64,000 nucleotides of DNA, from the IMG/VR virus record IMGVR_UViG_3300037054_000148, positions 124,001-188,000 of that record; one strand, written 5' to 3'. The notes beneath the pieces were generated by a model. It did no database searches and had not been told where the DNA came from. It worked only from the letters and a program-made list of their open reading frames with translations. Every line of letters begins with the position of its first letter. Within the stretch, counting starts at the first letter, position 1. Below are positions 38,016 to 46,460 of this stretch, one piece after another. The position numbers and the translations under genes are program-made.

Positions 38016-38181
38016 TCCCGTAGAACTCTCAGAGGCGCGGATCGACCGGCTCATGGCCTTGTTTGTCGATGAACATACCTGCATGGAGTGTGGAAAGCAC
38101 GTAGACTACGAGTTGTACTGTATGTCACCACAAGGGGATGGCCCGTGCGTTTGCATGGAATGCGCGGGGGTTAGCGAGTAG
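38002..38181 (+). CDS. Small zinc-finger protein (59 aa)
   Basis: Own translation: MHVPDP..TCMECGKH..CVCMECAGVSE; fills the gap between neighbours. Confidence 0.6.
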   Translation: MHVPDPVELSEARIDRLMALFVDEHTCMECGKHVDYELYCMSPQGDGPCVCMECAGVSE

Positions 38182-38184
38182 TCT

Positions 38185-38916
38185 ATGGGTTTATACTTAC
38201 AAGACGCATGGTGGAACGACCTTAACGAATTGAGGTCCAGGACAGAGAAGCTGTATGAGAAAATAGGTCGTGATATGTGGCAAGTCACGGCTGAAAAAAT
38301 GATTGCGCTTCGAGGCTGGAAAATCAAGGAGTCTGAGGTCATTCCAGTTTTGCAGGAATTGGGAGCGTATTATGTCCCCAAGAAAATGATTCCTGGCCCC
38401 ATGTTCGTGTTCCCCAAGGTGGATGCGGCGGGGCATACCACTAGTGCTCAGACAAAGCCTCTCCACGACTTGTTTGGCCCCGGTAAGTATCATACACTAG
38501 GGGTGAGTCAGAAAGTCTTTCTAGGCCCTACCTGGATAGGGAATACAGATGAGACGCTGGAGAAGATCCTACGGCTAAAATCGGTCACACTGGCAGAGGG
38601 TCCGTTTGATTTGGTGGCCGCGAAGATCCTGGCCCCCCTCCTCCCTATTATGTCTTCCCTCACCAAGTCTATTGGAGAGAAGCATGTCGCGTATTTGAAG
38701 ATCCTTGGAGTTCAGCATCTCTACCTGTTGTTTGATCATGATGAGGCTGGTGAAAAATCTAAAATCATTCTGAGTAAAATTCTGGACATTCCGGTAGAGG
38801 CGATTGGTGATTGCCCAGGAGACGATCCTTCTGGGGCGTTAAAGACTAAAGGTACAAAAGATGCTCTCCGTCGAGTATTAAAGACCATAGAAGAGGATCA
38901 TGAACATGATGATTGA
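38185..38916 (+). CDS. DNA primase catalytic (Toprim) domain protein
   Basis: VTLAEGPFDLVA..SSLTKSIGEKHVAYLK..LYLLFDHDEAG..DDP matches DnaG Toprim; lacks the zinc-binding domain. Confidence 0.82.
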   Translation: MGLYLQDAWWNDLNELRSRTEKLYEKIGRDMWQVTAEKMIALRGWKIKESEVIPVLQELGAYYVPKKMIPGPMFVFPKVDAAGHTTSAQTKPLHDLFGPGKYHTLGVSQKVFLGPTWIGNTDETLEKILRLKSVTLAEGPFDLVAAKILAPLLPIMSSLTKSIGEKHVAYLKILGVQHLYLLFDHDEAGEKSKIILSKILDIPVEAIGDCPGDDPSGALKTKGTKDALRRVLKTIEEDHEHDD

Positions 38917-39274
38917 CTCCATCCCTTTGCTTAGAGGAGCCCTCTATAAGGTCTTCAAACACCGTGACACAGCGGAGATGATGGATGTATTTATCTCCGG
39001 AGAGTGTGGTCGCTATTGGATTTATGACCTCACTTTGGAGGATGGAACCGTTACCCCGTTTATCTACTATTCTCTCCAAGATGGAGGAGGCTGGCTCAAT
39101 ACGGGCTGCTCCTATACAGATTTTGTAGCTGCGGTGGACCAAATCATTTCCACTTGGCCTCTGTCTGAGGGTATCAAAACAATTCTTGAAAATGAAAAAT
39201 CCAGGCTTGCAAAATTGATGCAAGACAGTATCAGTAATAGCAAGCCTGATTCACTGCCCAAGGAGGCAAAATGA
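38900..39274 (+). CDS. Hypothetical protein
   Basis: ~124-aa ORF overlapping both neighbours. Confidence 0.6.
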   Translation: MNMMIDSIPLLRGALYKVFKHRDTAEMMDVFISGECGRYWIYDLTLEDGTVTPFIYYSLQDGGGWLNTGCSYTDFVAAVDQIISTWPLSEGIKTILENEKSRLAKLMQDSISNSKPDSLPKEAK

Positions 39275-39423
39275 ACAACGTAGCGAAGTTTTTTTACTCG
39301 GTCGGTGGGGTGGCGGTCGTCACTCTCGGCTCCTGGCTCCTCAATTTCGGACTCATCCATGGCCTTATCGCGGGTGTGATCCTCTGCATCGGAGCCCACA
39401 TCTTTCTTAAGCTGAAGGGGTAA
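39271..39423 (+). CDS. Small two-helix membrane protein (50 aa)
   Basis: Own translation: MNNVAKFFYSVGGVAVVTLGSWLLNFGLIHGLIAGVILCIGAHIFLKLKG; AGGAGG RBS. Confidence 0.65.
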   Translation: MNNVAKFFYSVGGVAVVTLGSWLLNFGLIHGLIAGVILCIGAHIFLKLKG

Positions 39424-39429
39424 GTCACA

Positions 39430-40737
39430 ATGATGTTTGGTAAAGGAACATGGACCCTGCTGAAACTAGTGCAGGGTGATGGGGGTGTGACCCCATTGGA
39501 AGCCTTCAAGACAGCGTTTGAAGCCGCTGGGTCTCGCTATATTCCCCTTGTGGCCATTAGCGAGGCTATCCACGAGAAGTCTTCCACGATTGGCCTCGCT
39601 CCCTTTTCTCAGCCCCGCATGGGGGATCTGGAAGAGATCGAGTTCTACGTGGACAAGGCGGCAAAGGACTTCAAATCAGAAGATACGGAGTGTTTTATCA
39701 ATAACCAGACCAACCTCCGTGAATGGGAGATGGTCGATGGGGAGCTTCTTTCGGGGCAGATTCATGTCCCCCTGGACCCTTTCTGGGAGCCAAGTTTTGA
39801 TCAGTGGCAGTTCTCCCCTGGTGTTTACGGTATGTGGGTAATGATGTTCGAGTATATCGACGCGATGGATGTGAACAGCAAGAAAGAGCATCTGGCCTAC
39901 AATTACGGTGCCCCTTTCAAGTTCCAGTCTGCGGATATCAAGAAGCAGATCACCGAACAGGTGGAGGATATCAACACCTTCGTTCGCAAGCACCATCAGG
40001 TGGTGATTGACTTCAATATGGGCTACATCTGGATTAGTAGTGGGGCAAAGGCAATTCTTGAACCCGTCATGACCTTGCTGGATGAAATGGGCCTGATTTT
40101 TGAAACCCCCACTGATTTGGTGGGAGACATCAACGCAGATGACGTTTCTGAGGCTCTGGAGACGCTGTACAACGCTTCCGTGATCAAGGATGATGTGGTG
40201 CGCCGTCTGGAAGAGTTCAAGCTCCACGGAGCCGATGGGGTTGAACCAGACTCCAACGCAGTGATGGAGAAGATCCTGAAGGCTTATTGTGCATTCAGCG
40301 AAATTCAGGGGTTCCATGTCGGCATGTCCGCGCCATTGGCCCTTTTTCTGGATCCCCGCTTCGTCTCACCCACAGCAGCCAGGAGCACCTACGAGGTGAC
40401 AGAGCTTCTCAACTCGCATGAGTCGGCACGGGTAGCAGTCGCAGATTTGACGTTCTGTCATTACACTGATCGGATTGCCAAGAACGGAGAACCCAGGAAG
40501 TTTCTGGAGAAGCTGTTCAGCATTCAGGCATCCCCTGTGTTATTCCATAAGGATATTCCAGGGCTTCGAGTCTGTGGTTTGAATATCGATAACTACAGAC
40601 GGATGATCAAGGTTCATATCAAAGCCACTGGTAATGCCCCAACGATTGCGGAATACTGGAAGATGAGTCACGACTCCATGAAGGAATCGGTGTTCACTTA
40701 CTACTCCGTGCTGAAGGACATCAAAGAATCCAGGTAA
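39430..40737 (+). CDS. Hypothetical protein, weak resemblance to RdgC
   Basis: 435 aa with GC3-rich codons; HHQVVIDFNMGYIWISSGAKAILE recalls RdgC. Tentative. Confidence 0.35.
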   Translation: MMFGKGTWTLLKLVQGDGGVTPLEAFKTAFEAAGSRYIPLVAISEAIHEKSSTIGLAPFSQPRMGDLEEIEFYVDKAAKDFKSEDTECFINNQTNLREWEMVDGELLSGQIHVPLDPFWEPSFDQWQFSPGVYGMWVMMFEYIDAMDVNSKKEHLAYNYGAPFKFQSADIKKQITEQVEDINTFVRKHHQVVIDFNMGYIWISSGAKAILEPVMTLLDEMGLIFETPTDLVGDINADDVSEALETLYNASVIKDDVVRRLEEFKLHGADGVEPDSNAVMEKILKAYCAFSEIQGFHVGMSAPLALFLDPRFVSPTAARSTYEVTELLNSHESARVAVADLTFCHYTDRIAKNGEPRKFLEKLFSIQASPVLFHKDIPGLRVCGLNIDNYRRMIKVHIKATGNAPTIAEYWKMSHDSMKESVFTYYSVLKDIKESR

Positions 40738-40762
40738 TAGATAGTAGGAAGAGGGAGCACTG

Positions 40763-41794
40763 TTGAATTTCTGGGCACCGGTATCGCTGAATCAAATTGT
40801 GGGCAACACTAGATCATTGGAGTTGCTTAGAGCGATCCTGGAGAACCGGGATCGTGCTCCCTCCTGCTATGTGTTAGACGGGCTGAATGGAGTCGGGAAG
40901 AACGCCATGGCTAAGCTGTTTCTCCATGAGTTGTTTCCCGATGTCAAACCTAAAGTTGTCCAGCCTGAATTTTTCACACAAACGCTACAACAGGAAGACC
41001 TGGACGAGTATACTTGTCTGATTTGGGATCATGCGGAGCGGCTATCCACCGAACAGGCGGATCAACTTTGCGCTTATTTGGATCGATCAGATGTGAAATC
41101 GGTTTCGGTGTTCCTCTGTGTTAATTACAACAAGGTGCATAAAGGGCTCAGGGCCAGGGCCTTACGAATTCCTTGCTTGAAGCCAAGTCGAGCGGATCTG
41201 GTTGGTCTGCTTGGCTCCATTTGCGCGAGTCACCATCTTAACTTTGAGCTAGAGGCGCTTAACCTCATAGCTGCCCGAAGTTCAGATACCCCTTCACGAG
41301 CTATTCTAGACCTTCAGGCTATTTCAGTGATGGGAGGGGTAACAACTAAGACGGTGTGTAAATTGCAAGTAAATATTGAGGAGCAAGCCATCCAGCTTCT
41401 AACTAATATTGATCATCCGGATATCATGAAAATGGCTAGTTTGATTAAGGATATGCACCCCATGGAGGAGCTTATCGATGCTTTATTTGAAGTATATTCG
41501 ACAGCTTTTTATGATAGTACAAAATCTCTTGGGGTTATTGCCGAAAAACTGAGTAATAATAAAAGGGTGGGAGACATTTTCATTAAATGGAAATCTGTTG
41601 TGGCTCCTCCCTCCTCAGCGTTGTTTATTCTCATAAAAGAACTAGTAGATTCAAGAAAAGCAGTGGAAATGCCAGTTTTCATCTCCTCCCCTTCTCCAAA
41701 AAAGGAGGTCCAACGGGCTCCCATTGCCACGGAGGAAAGTTGGAACAAAATTATTTCTGAAGCGAGTAATATCGGTGATTCTTCAATACGGTGA
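40763..41794 (+). CDS. Clamp-loader AAA+ subunit (DnaX/RFC-like)
   Basis: WAPVSLNQIVGN, YVLDGLNGVGKN, LIWDHAERLS, sensor/lid PSRAILDLQ. Confidence 0.8.
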   Translation: MNFWAPVSLNQIVGNTRSLELLRAILENRDRAPSCYVLDGLNGVGKNAMAKLFLHELFPDVKPKVVQPEFFTQTLQQEDLDEYTCLIWDHAERLSTEQADQLCAYLDRSDVKSVSVFLCVNYNKVHKGLRARALRIPCLKPSRADLVGLLGSICASHHLNFELEALNLIAARSSDTPSRAILDLQAISVMGGVTTKTVCKLQVNIEEQAIQLLTNIDHPDIMKMASLIKDMHPMEELIDALFEVYSTAFYDSTKSLGVIAEKLSNNKRVGDIFIKWKSVVAPPSSALFILIKELVDSRKAVEMPVFISSPSPKKEVQRAPIATEESWNKIISEASNIGDSSIR

Positions 41795-42872
41795 TATCAA
41801 AAAGCTCAAAGGACTCAAGTGGTATATCCTTGAAGTCAGATCAGAGCGAACAGTAGAGAACGTAATTCGTCGTGTTGGTAAGACCATGCCTACTATATTT
41901 AAGGACGGAGGGTCTTGTGAGGTGTTTGTTCCGATAGAGGACCGAGATCTCAATTTGTTTAGCCTATCCACCTCCTCCTATGTGTTTCTCCGTTCTGATC
42001 GAAAGAAAGAATTACAGAAGTTCAAAGGGGTCACAGGTGTGGTAGGGATCCTCTGTGAGGGGGAGCAGCAGCGGATTGATAAGGCCCTGATGGTGGAGGA
42101 TGACTACGTTCAGGAATTAATCAAGATGACAGAGGAGAAGTTTATGAAGAGCCCAGAGTCCATACAGGTCGGCTCCTTTGTTCGTATTCTGGATGGTTTG
42201 GATAAAGGGTTCTGTGGGCATGTATCTCGCATAGATCGAGGCTACGCCCTGATCCGGGTTGAGCTTAAAACTAGACAGATGTTCATTGATACTCCTCTGC
42301 ACAATCTCAAAGATTTGAGTTTTGTGCCACCCAACTCAAGAGTGTTTTACTACTCTGACTTAGTGGACGAGTATGTGAAGGATTACAGTGATGAGGCCAT
42401 CATGACCCTAGCTAAGGATTTGGAGTTTGTGATGGAGGTGACTGAACCCCTCCCCTCTGATGAACCAGATGAAAAGAAAGTCAAGTATGGTCGGCAGAAG
42501 ACCGTTACGGCCATGACAAAGAAATTGATATTCAGCGGCATCAAAGACCCAAAGGTCATAATTAAAGAAGCATTGGCAGCCATTGAATCAAGTGACATCA
42601 AAAAACCGAAGAGTGCGTTTATCTTCTATTCAATCCTTAAACAGGCCATCATGGAGACCCTGTTCAAAGATGATAGTAGGATCAAAACTTATAAAGATGT
42701 GGTCAAGTATTACGGGGATTCTTACCGTTTTTCTCCAAAAATGATCGCTGAATTGGATGAACATTCGATCCTATCTCCAAAAAGCGAGACCTCGGATAAA
42801 TCGAATCAGCACTCTACAGTAATAAAAATCAAACTGACCAAGGAGTCAAAATGTCAAACACCACCGGAATAG
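41775..42872 (+). CDS. NusG-family transcription factor (NGN + KOW) with a ~200-aa C-terminal extension
   Basis: KWYILEV, EVFVP, SYVFL, GVVGIL (NGN); IQVGSFVRILDGLDKGFCGHV (KOW). ORF is open from 41724. Confidence 0.85.
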   Translation: MILQYGDIKKLKGLKWYILEVRSERTVENVIRRVGKTMPTIFKDGGSCEVFVPIEDRDLNLFSLSTSSYVFLRSDRKKELQKFKGVTGVVGILCEGEQQRIDKALMVEDDYVQELIKMTEEKFMKSPESIQVGSFVRILDGLDKGFCGHVSRIDRGYALIRVELKTRQMFIDTPLHNLKDLSFVPPNSRVFYYSDLVDEYVKDYSDEAIMTLAKDLEFVMEVTEPLPSDEPDEKKVKYGRQKTVTAMTKKLIFSGIKDPKVIIKEALAAIESSDIKKPKSAFIFYSILKQAIMETLFKDDSRIKTYKDVVKYYGDSYRFSPKMIAELDEHSILSPKSETSDKSNQHSTVIKIKLTKESKCQTPPE

Positions 42873-43933
42873 GATTAGATATTGGTACCGCTTACATCGT
42901 CTCTGCCAAATCTGACATCGACAATAAAGTCAAAATTAGCTCGGTAAGGGACTGCTTTCTTGCTCTCCCTCTGGATCAATCTCCCGCATTGGAGATTGCG
43001 GGAGTGGAGTTCATTGAGGGTGCAGAGGAGGTCTATGTGGTCGGTAACGATGCGATCAATTTGATTGGTGTCCTCGGAGGGGAGCTACGCCGTCCTCTCA
43101 GCAAGGGCTTTATCAGTCCCAAGGAAGAAGATGGGAAGGAGATACTTCAACTCATCCTTCAGCAGATCCTTGGAAAGCCCCAGGTTCCGGGGGAGCTTGT
43201 GGCTTTCTCAGTACCTGGGCCTATTTTTGACGTTGAATCCACGGTCGCCCCTAAACCCAGCCATGATTCCTCTCTGACCTTCCATACCAGCTTCTTCAAG
43301 AATCTGATCACCGATCTGGGTTATACGGCCCGTCCGGTCAACGAAGCGGTAGCAGTCTGCTTCAATGAAACCGTGGTCCCCAAGAACCCATCTGAAACCC
43401 CCCTAACCGGACTCTCAATTTCGTTTGGTGCTGGCACTACAAATTTGGCCTTAACATTCAAATCTATTCCTGTTAAGTGCTTTGCTCTTCCCTTCGGCGG
43501 AGATTATGTAGACCAGATGGCAGCCAAGGCCACTGATTCCACACTTTCTCATGTAACTTTGTTGAAAGAACGTGGTGTTGATTTGATGACTGGACTCGTA
43601 ACAACCAAGGGTGAGTTTGACGATACCCAGACTGAACGTCAGGCCGAAGCAATTGCAGTCGCCTATGCAGACCTAATCACTAAATTGGTCAACGCCACCA
43701 ATAAATTCTTCAGCTTCAATGAGAATCGTGTGGAAATCCCTGATACTATTCCGGTCATCCTGGCGGGTGGGACTACTAAGGCCCCCAATTTCATGAAACT
43801 TTTCAATAAAATTTTCATGGAGAATCTTGATGTGAGATTCAAAGTTTCAGAGGCAAGGCTGTCCGCAACTCCTTTGGATGCTACGGCCAGTGGCTGCTTG
43901 AACTTCGTCCGGATCCTTCAGAAAAGAGGCTAA
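42851..43933 (+). CDS. Actin-fold ATPase (MreB/MamK/ParM-like)
   Basis: Phosphate 1 GLDIGTAY, connect 1 NEAVAV, phosphate 2 SFGAGTTN, FGGDYVD, adenosine LAGGTTKAPNF. Confidence 0.88.
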   Translation: MSNTTGIGLDIGTAYIVSAKSDIDNKVKISSVRDCFLALPLDQSPALEIAGVEFIEGAEEVYVVGNDAINLIGVLGGELRRPLSKGFISPKEEDGKEILQLILQQILGKPQVPGELVAFSVPGPIFDVESTVAPKPSHDSSLTFHTSFFKNLITDLGYTARPVNEAVAVCFNETVVPKNPSETPLTGLSISFGAGTTNLALTFKSIPVKCFALPFGGDYVDQMAAKATDSTLSHVTLLKERGVDLMTGLVTTKGEFDDTQTERQAEAIAVAYADLITKLVNATNKFFSFNENRVEIPDTIPVILAGGTTKAPNFMKLFNKIFMENLDVRFKVSEARLSATPLDATASGCLNFVRILQKRG

Positions 43934-43985
43934 TCGGAGTAGTGGGCTACCCGTTTCTCTGTTTGTAGCGGAACAGGTAACTCTC

Positions 43986-44873
43986 ATGAATGACGATAAA
44001 GCTCTCCTTAATTCAGTCCCAGCATTGGTCCCAGCCCCAGCGGTTACCCCGCTCCCCGTGGCCCCCCCGAGACTTCAAATGCCCACCATTAATTTCAGTG
44101 GTGGGCATTTTATCATAATGCTCATAGCCATTGGAATCACATGGTGGGTGACTAAACGCAATCTCCCTACTCAAGCCATCGCTCAGACTCAGATGGCTCA
44201 ATTCCAAGCCCTTTCTGATAAAGTTGACCAACTAGCCGGTCACGTAGTCACACAATCTGACCTTGAAGACAAGGTTAAGGCTCAGATGGGATCAGCCTTC
44301 TCCGCAGCGGTAGCCAAACAGGATGGAACCCTCACTAATCTTGCCACAGCAGTTGGGCAAATCCAGGGGCAATTATCAGCTATGGGTCAGACCACGGTAC
44401 AGAAAACACCTACCGGAGGCTTCAGCACCACTCTGAATCAGGATAGAGGGGCAGCCCCCCCGCTTACCAGTGTAAATCTCACATATGATCCGACCTCCTC
44501 TGGGCTTAAAAGTCAGTGGGATAATCATACTGAAAAATTTACAGCAAGTTATGGAGAGTGGAGAACTAGCGGGGATGGCGCGAGAGCGGCACTTACACTG
44601 TCTAGGGATGTGTATAACGGCTCAGTGAAAGTTGGAACTGAACAGATCCCCCTAGTCAACGGAGACGCCTATTTCAGTCAATCTGATATTGCTCGAACTG
44701 CTCCAACACCAAAGTATACGTTTATGATTGGATCCAGTTATGATATGCAAACAGGGAAACCCCACCTGAGTGGTCTGATCGGAAAGCAGTTCTCCCCAGT
44801 ATCTGGGATTGCTACCGGCTATGTGAATAACGGATGGACAGTCCTTTATACCTATAGGTTTGGCACGAAATAG
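43986..44873 (+). CDS. Membrane-anchored protein with coiled coil and beta-rich C-terminus
   Basis: Hydrophobic FIIMLIAIGITWWV, Gln-rich coil, alternating beta strands ending in YTYRFGTK. Confidence 0.7.
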   Translation: MNDDKALLNSVPALVPAPAVTPLPVAPPRLQMPTINFSGGHFIIMLIAIGITWWVTKRNLPTQAIAQTQMAQFQALSDKVDQLAGHVVTQSDLEDKVKAQMGSAFSAAVAKQDGTLTNLATAVGQIQGQLSAMGQTTVQKTPTGGFSTTLNQDRGAAPPLTSVNLTYDPTSSGLKSQWDNHTEKFTASYGEWRTSGDGARAALTLSRDVYNGSVKVGTEQIPLVNGDAYFSQSDIARTAPTPKYTFMIGSSYDMQTGKPHLSGLIGKQFSPVSGIATGYVNNGWTVLYTYRFGTK

Positions 44874-45018
44874 TGTATTTTTAACACTGAGTCAGAATCG
44901 TAGTTTTATGCGAGTTCCTCAACAACATAAAAGTAAATTTTGGCCTTAATAAACTGAATATTCAGTACCTAGAATAGGTGAGGAACTTCCCCCTTTTTGA
45001 TATCATAGGAGACGCAAC

Positions 45019-45525
45019 ATGGCAGCACCCATCAATGCAACTGGAGTGACTGGAGCAACCGGAGCAACTGCTCCTCCCCTCCCCCCCATCACTATTGTAA
45101 TCAACAAGGCACAGTTTGAGGCGGCGGTCCAGCAGTATCTCAACTTATCCCCCGCAAAGGCAGAGTTGGATGTCATCAAGTCGTTGAGTTGGCCGTCCTG
45201 CTGCACCCCCCCAGCCCTTTGGACTACTATGGCAGATGTGGAGACCCTGATTGCCTTGGTCGCCTCAGCTTGTGAGTTGGCAAAGACGGCTATCCTGAAA
45301 CAGTATGACCCTGCGGGAACCTTGGGAAACAAGATTGACAACGAGATCGTACTCGCTGTGGCAGTGCAGATTGTGGGTCAGGCCATTTCCTTTGGTGGCA
45401 TTTTCGGGGTACTGGCCGAGCATCTGAAAGAGGGGCTCCTCTCTATGCTGGTAAGCGTCTGGGTAGACCAGCAGCCCACAAACTGGGTTTCGCTGGCAGA
45501 AAAAATTCTCGGCCTCAGTCTCTAA
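45019..45525 (+). CDS. Hypothetical protein
   Basis: AGGAG RBS; short GAT repeats at the N-terminus; hydrophobic C-terminal helices. Confidence 0.65.
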   Translation: MAAPINATGVTGATGATAPPLPPITIVINKAQFEAAVQQYLNLSPAKAELDVIKSLSWPSCCTPPALWTTMADVETLIALVASACELAKTAILKQYDPAGTLGNKIDNEIVLAVAVQIVGQAISFGGIFGVLAEHLKEGLLSMLVSVWVDQQPTNWVSLAEKILGLSL

Positions 45526-45536
45526 TCGAGGTCAAT

Positions 45537-45812
45537 GTGTGCCTTCTTGCTAAAATCGGAGATCATGAATACCTGGCCTTTTTTAAGCCAGTGCATGGCA
45601 GCACCGACTACAGCGGGAGAATAGAACTCCGAGACTCCACCTTTCAAACTATCCCTCTTGATTCTCTACTCGGCCCCATTGGTAGTATCCTGGTTAAGGA
45701 TCCCGCTGAGGCCGATTGGCATGAAATGTCTATAGAAGATTTAAAACAACTGGCCAAGGATTCTATGGCGAAATCTCTCGTCGGCCTGCAAAGTCTTTCG
45801 AAGCAGTCATGA
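45537..45812 (+). CDS. Hypothetical protein
   Basis: 91 aa with GAGG RBS. Confidence 0.55.
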   Translation: MCLLAKIGDHEYLAFFKPVHGSTDYSGRIELRDSTFQTIPLDSLLGPIGSILVKDPAEADWHEMSIEDLKQLAKDSMAKSLVGLQSLSKQS

Positions 45813-45851
45813 CAAAACGCAGTATTAGTAGAGCAGGTAGAAGGAGTTTGG

Positions 45852-46097
45852 GTGGGTGTCTTGAGCCTTAGTAAGTTAGACCGTATTGAACCGAAGGGCG
45901 GGACACGCTCCACATATGAGAAGAGGGCACCGGCAGGTTCCAAGGCAATTCCGTGCTGTCTCCAATGTAGGGCACCCTTTGACTTGGCAGAATTGTCTAT
46001 GGTAGATCAGATGGACGCCCTGGACGGTGTTTTGATTTGTGAAGATTGCAAGAAAGAGAACAAACTTTCTGAGCAAAAGCATCACCATTTCGAGTAA
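45852..46097 (+). CDS. Small zinc-finger protein
   Basis: CLQC...CEDC; AAGGAG RBS. Confidence 0.6.
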   Translation: MGVLSLSKLDRIEPKGGTRSTYEKRAPAGSKAIPCCLQCRAPFDLAELSMVDQMDALDGVLICEDCKKENKLSEQKHHHFE

Positions 46098-46151
46098 TAC
46101 ATAACATACCAGCGGAATCCTCCGCACCCCGTTAACTCAAAGGAGAGTCCT

Positions 46152-46358
46152 ATGACCACCAAGCCCGATGTAACCTCAGTCATCAGAGGAGAGTTCGCCA
46201 AGACCGACACGCTCACCGTCAAGCAGATCAGAGCCATCAGTCCCGAACTCGACAACGCCAATCTCGTTCGCAAGGGGTTCAAGGCCCTGATTGCCGAGAA
46301 TCTCTGCACTCTGGAGGGCAGCAAGCGCGGATCCAAATACGTCCGCAAGCAGTCCTAA
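46152..46358 (+). CDS. Small basic winged-helix DNA-binding protein
   Basis: LTVKQIRAI..LVRKGFKALIAENLCTLEGSKRGSKY; strong RBS and its own terminator. Confidence 0.65.
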   Translation: MTTKPDVTSVIRGEFAKTDTLTVKQIRAISPELDNANLVRKGFKALIAENLCTLEGSKRGSKYVRKQS

Positions 46359-46392
46359 CCAGACCCCAAGAGCACAGCAAGTTGATGAGTAG

Positions 46393-46422
46393 ACCGAGGC
46401 TTAAATGAGCCTCGGTTTTTTA
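46393..46422 (+). terminator. Rho-independent terminator
   Basis: ACCGAGGCT-TAAATG-AGCCTCGGT followed by a T-tract. Confidence 0.88.
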
Positions 46423-46460
46423 TTGCTGGACTTTTTGTCCCTCCTGTAGAGGGGGTAGCC

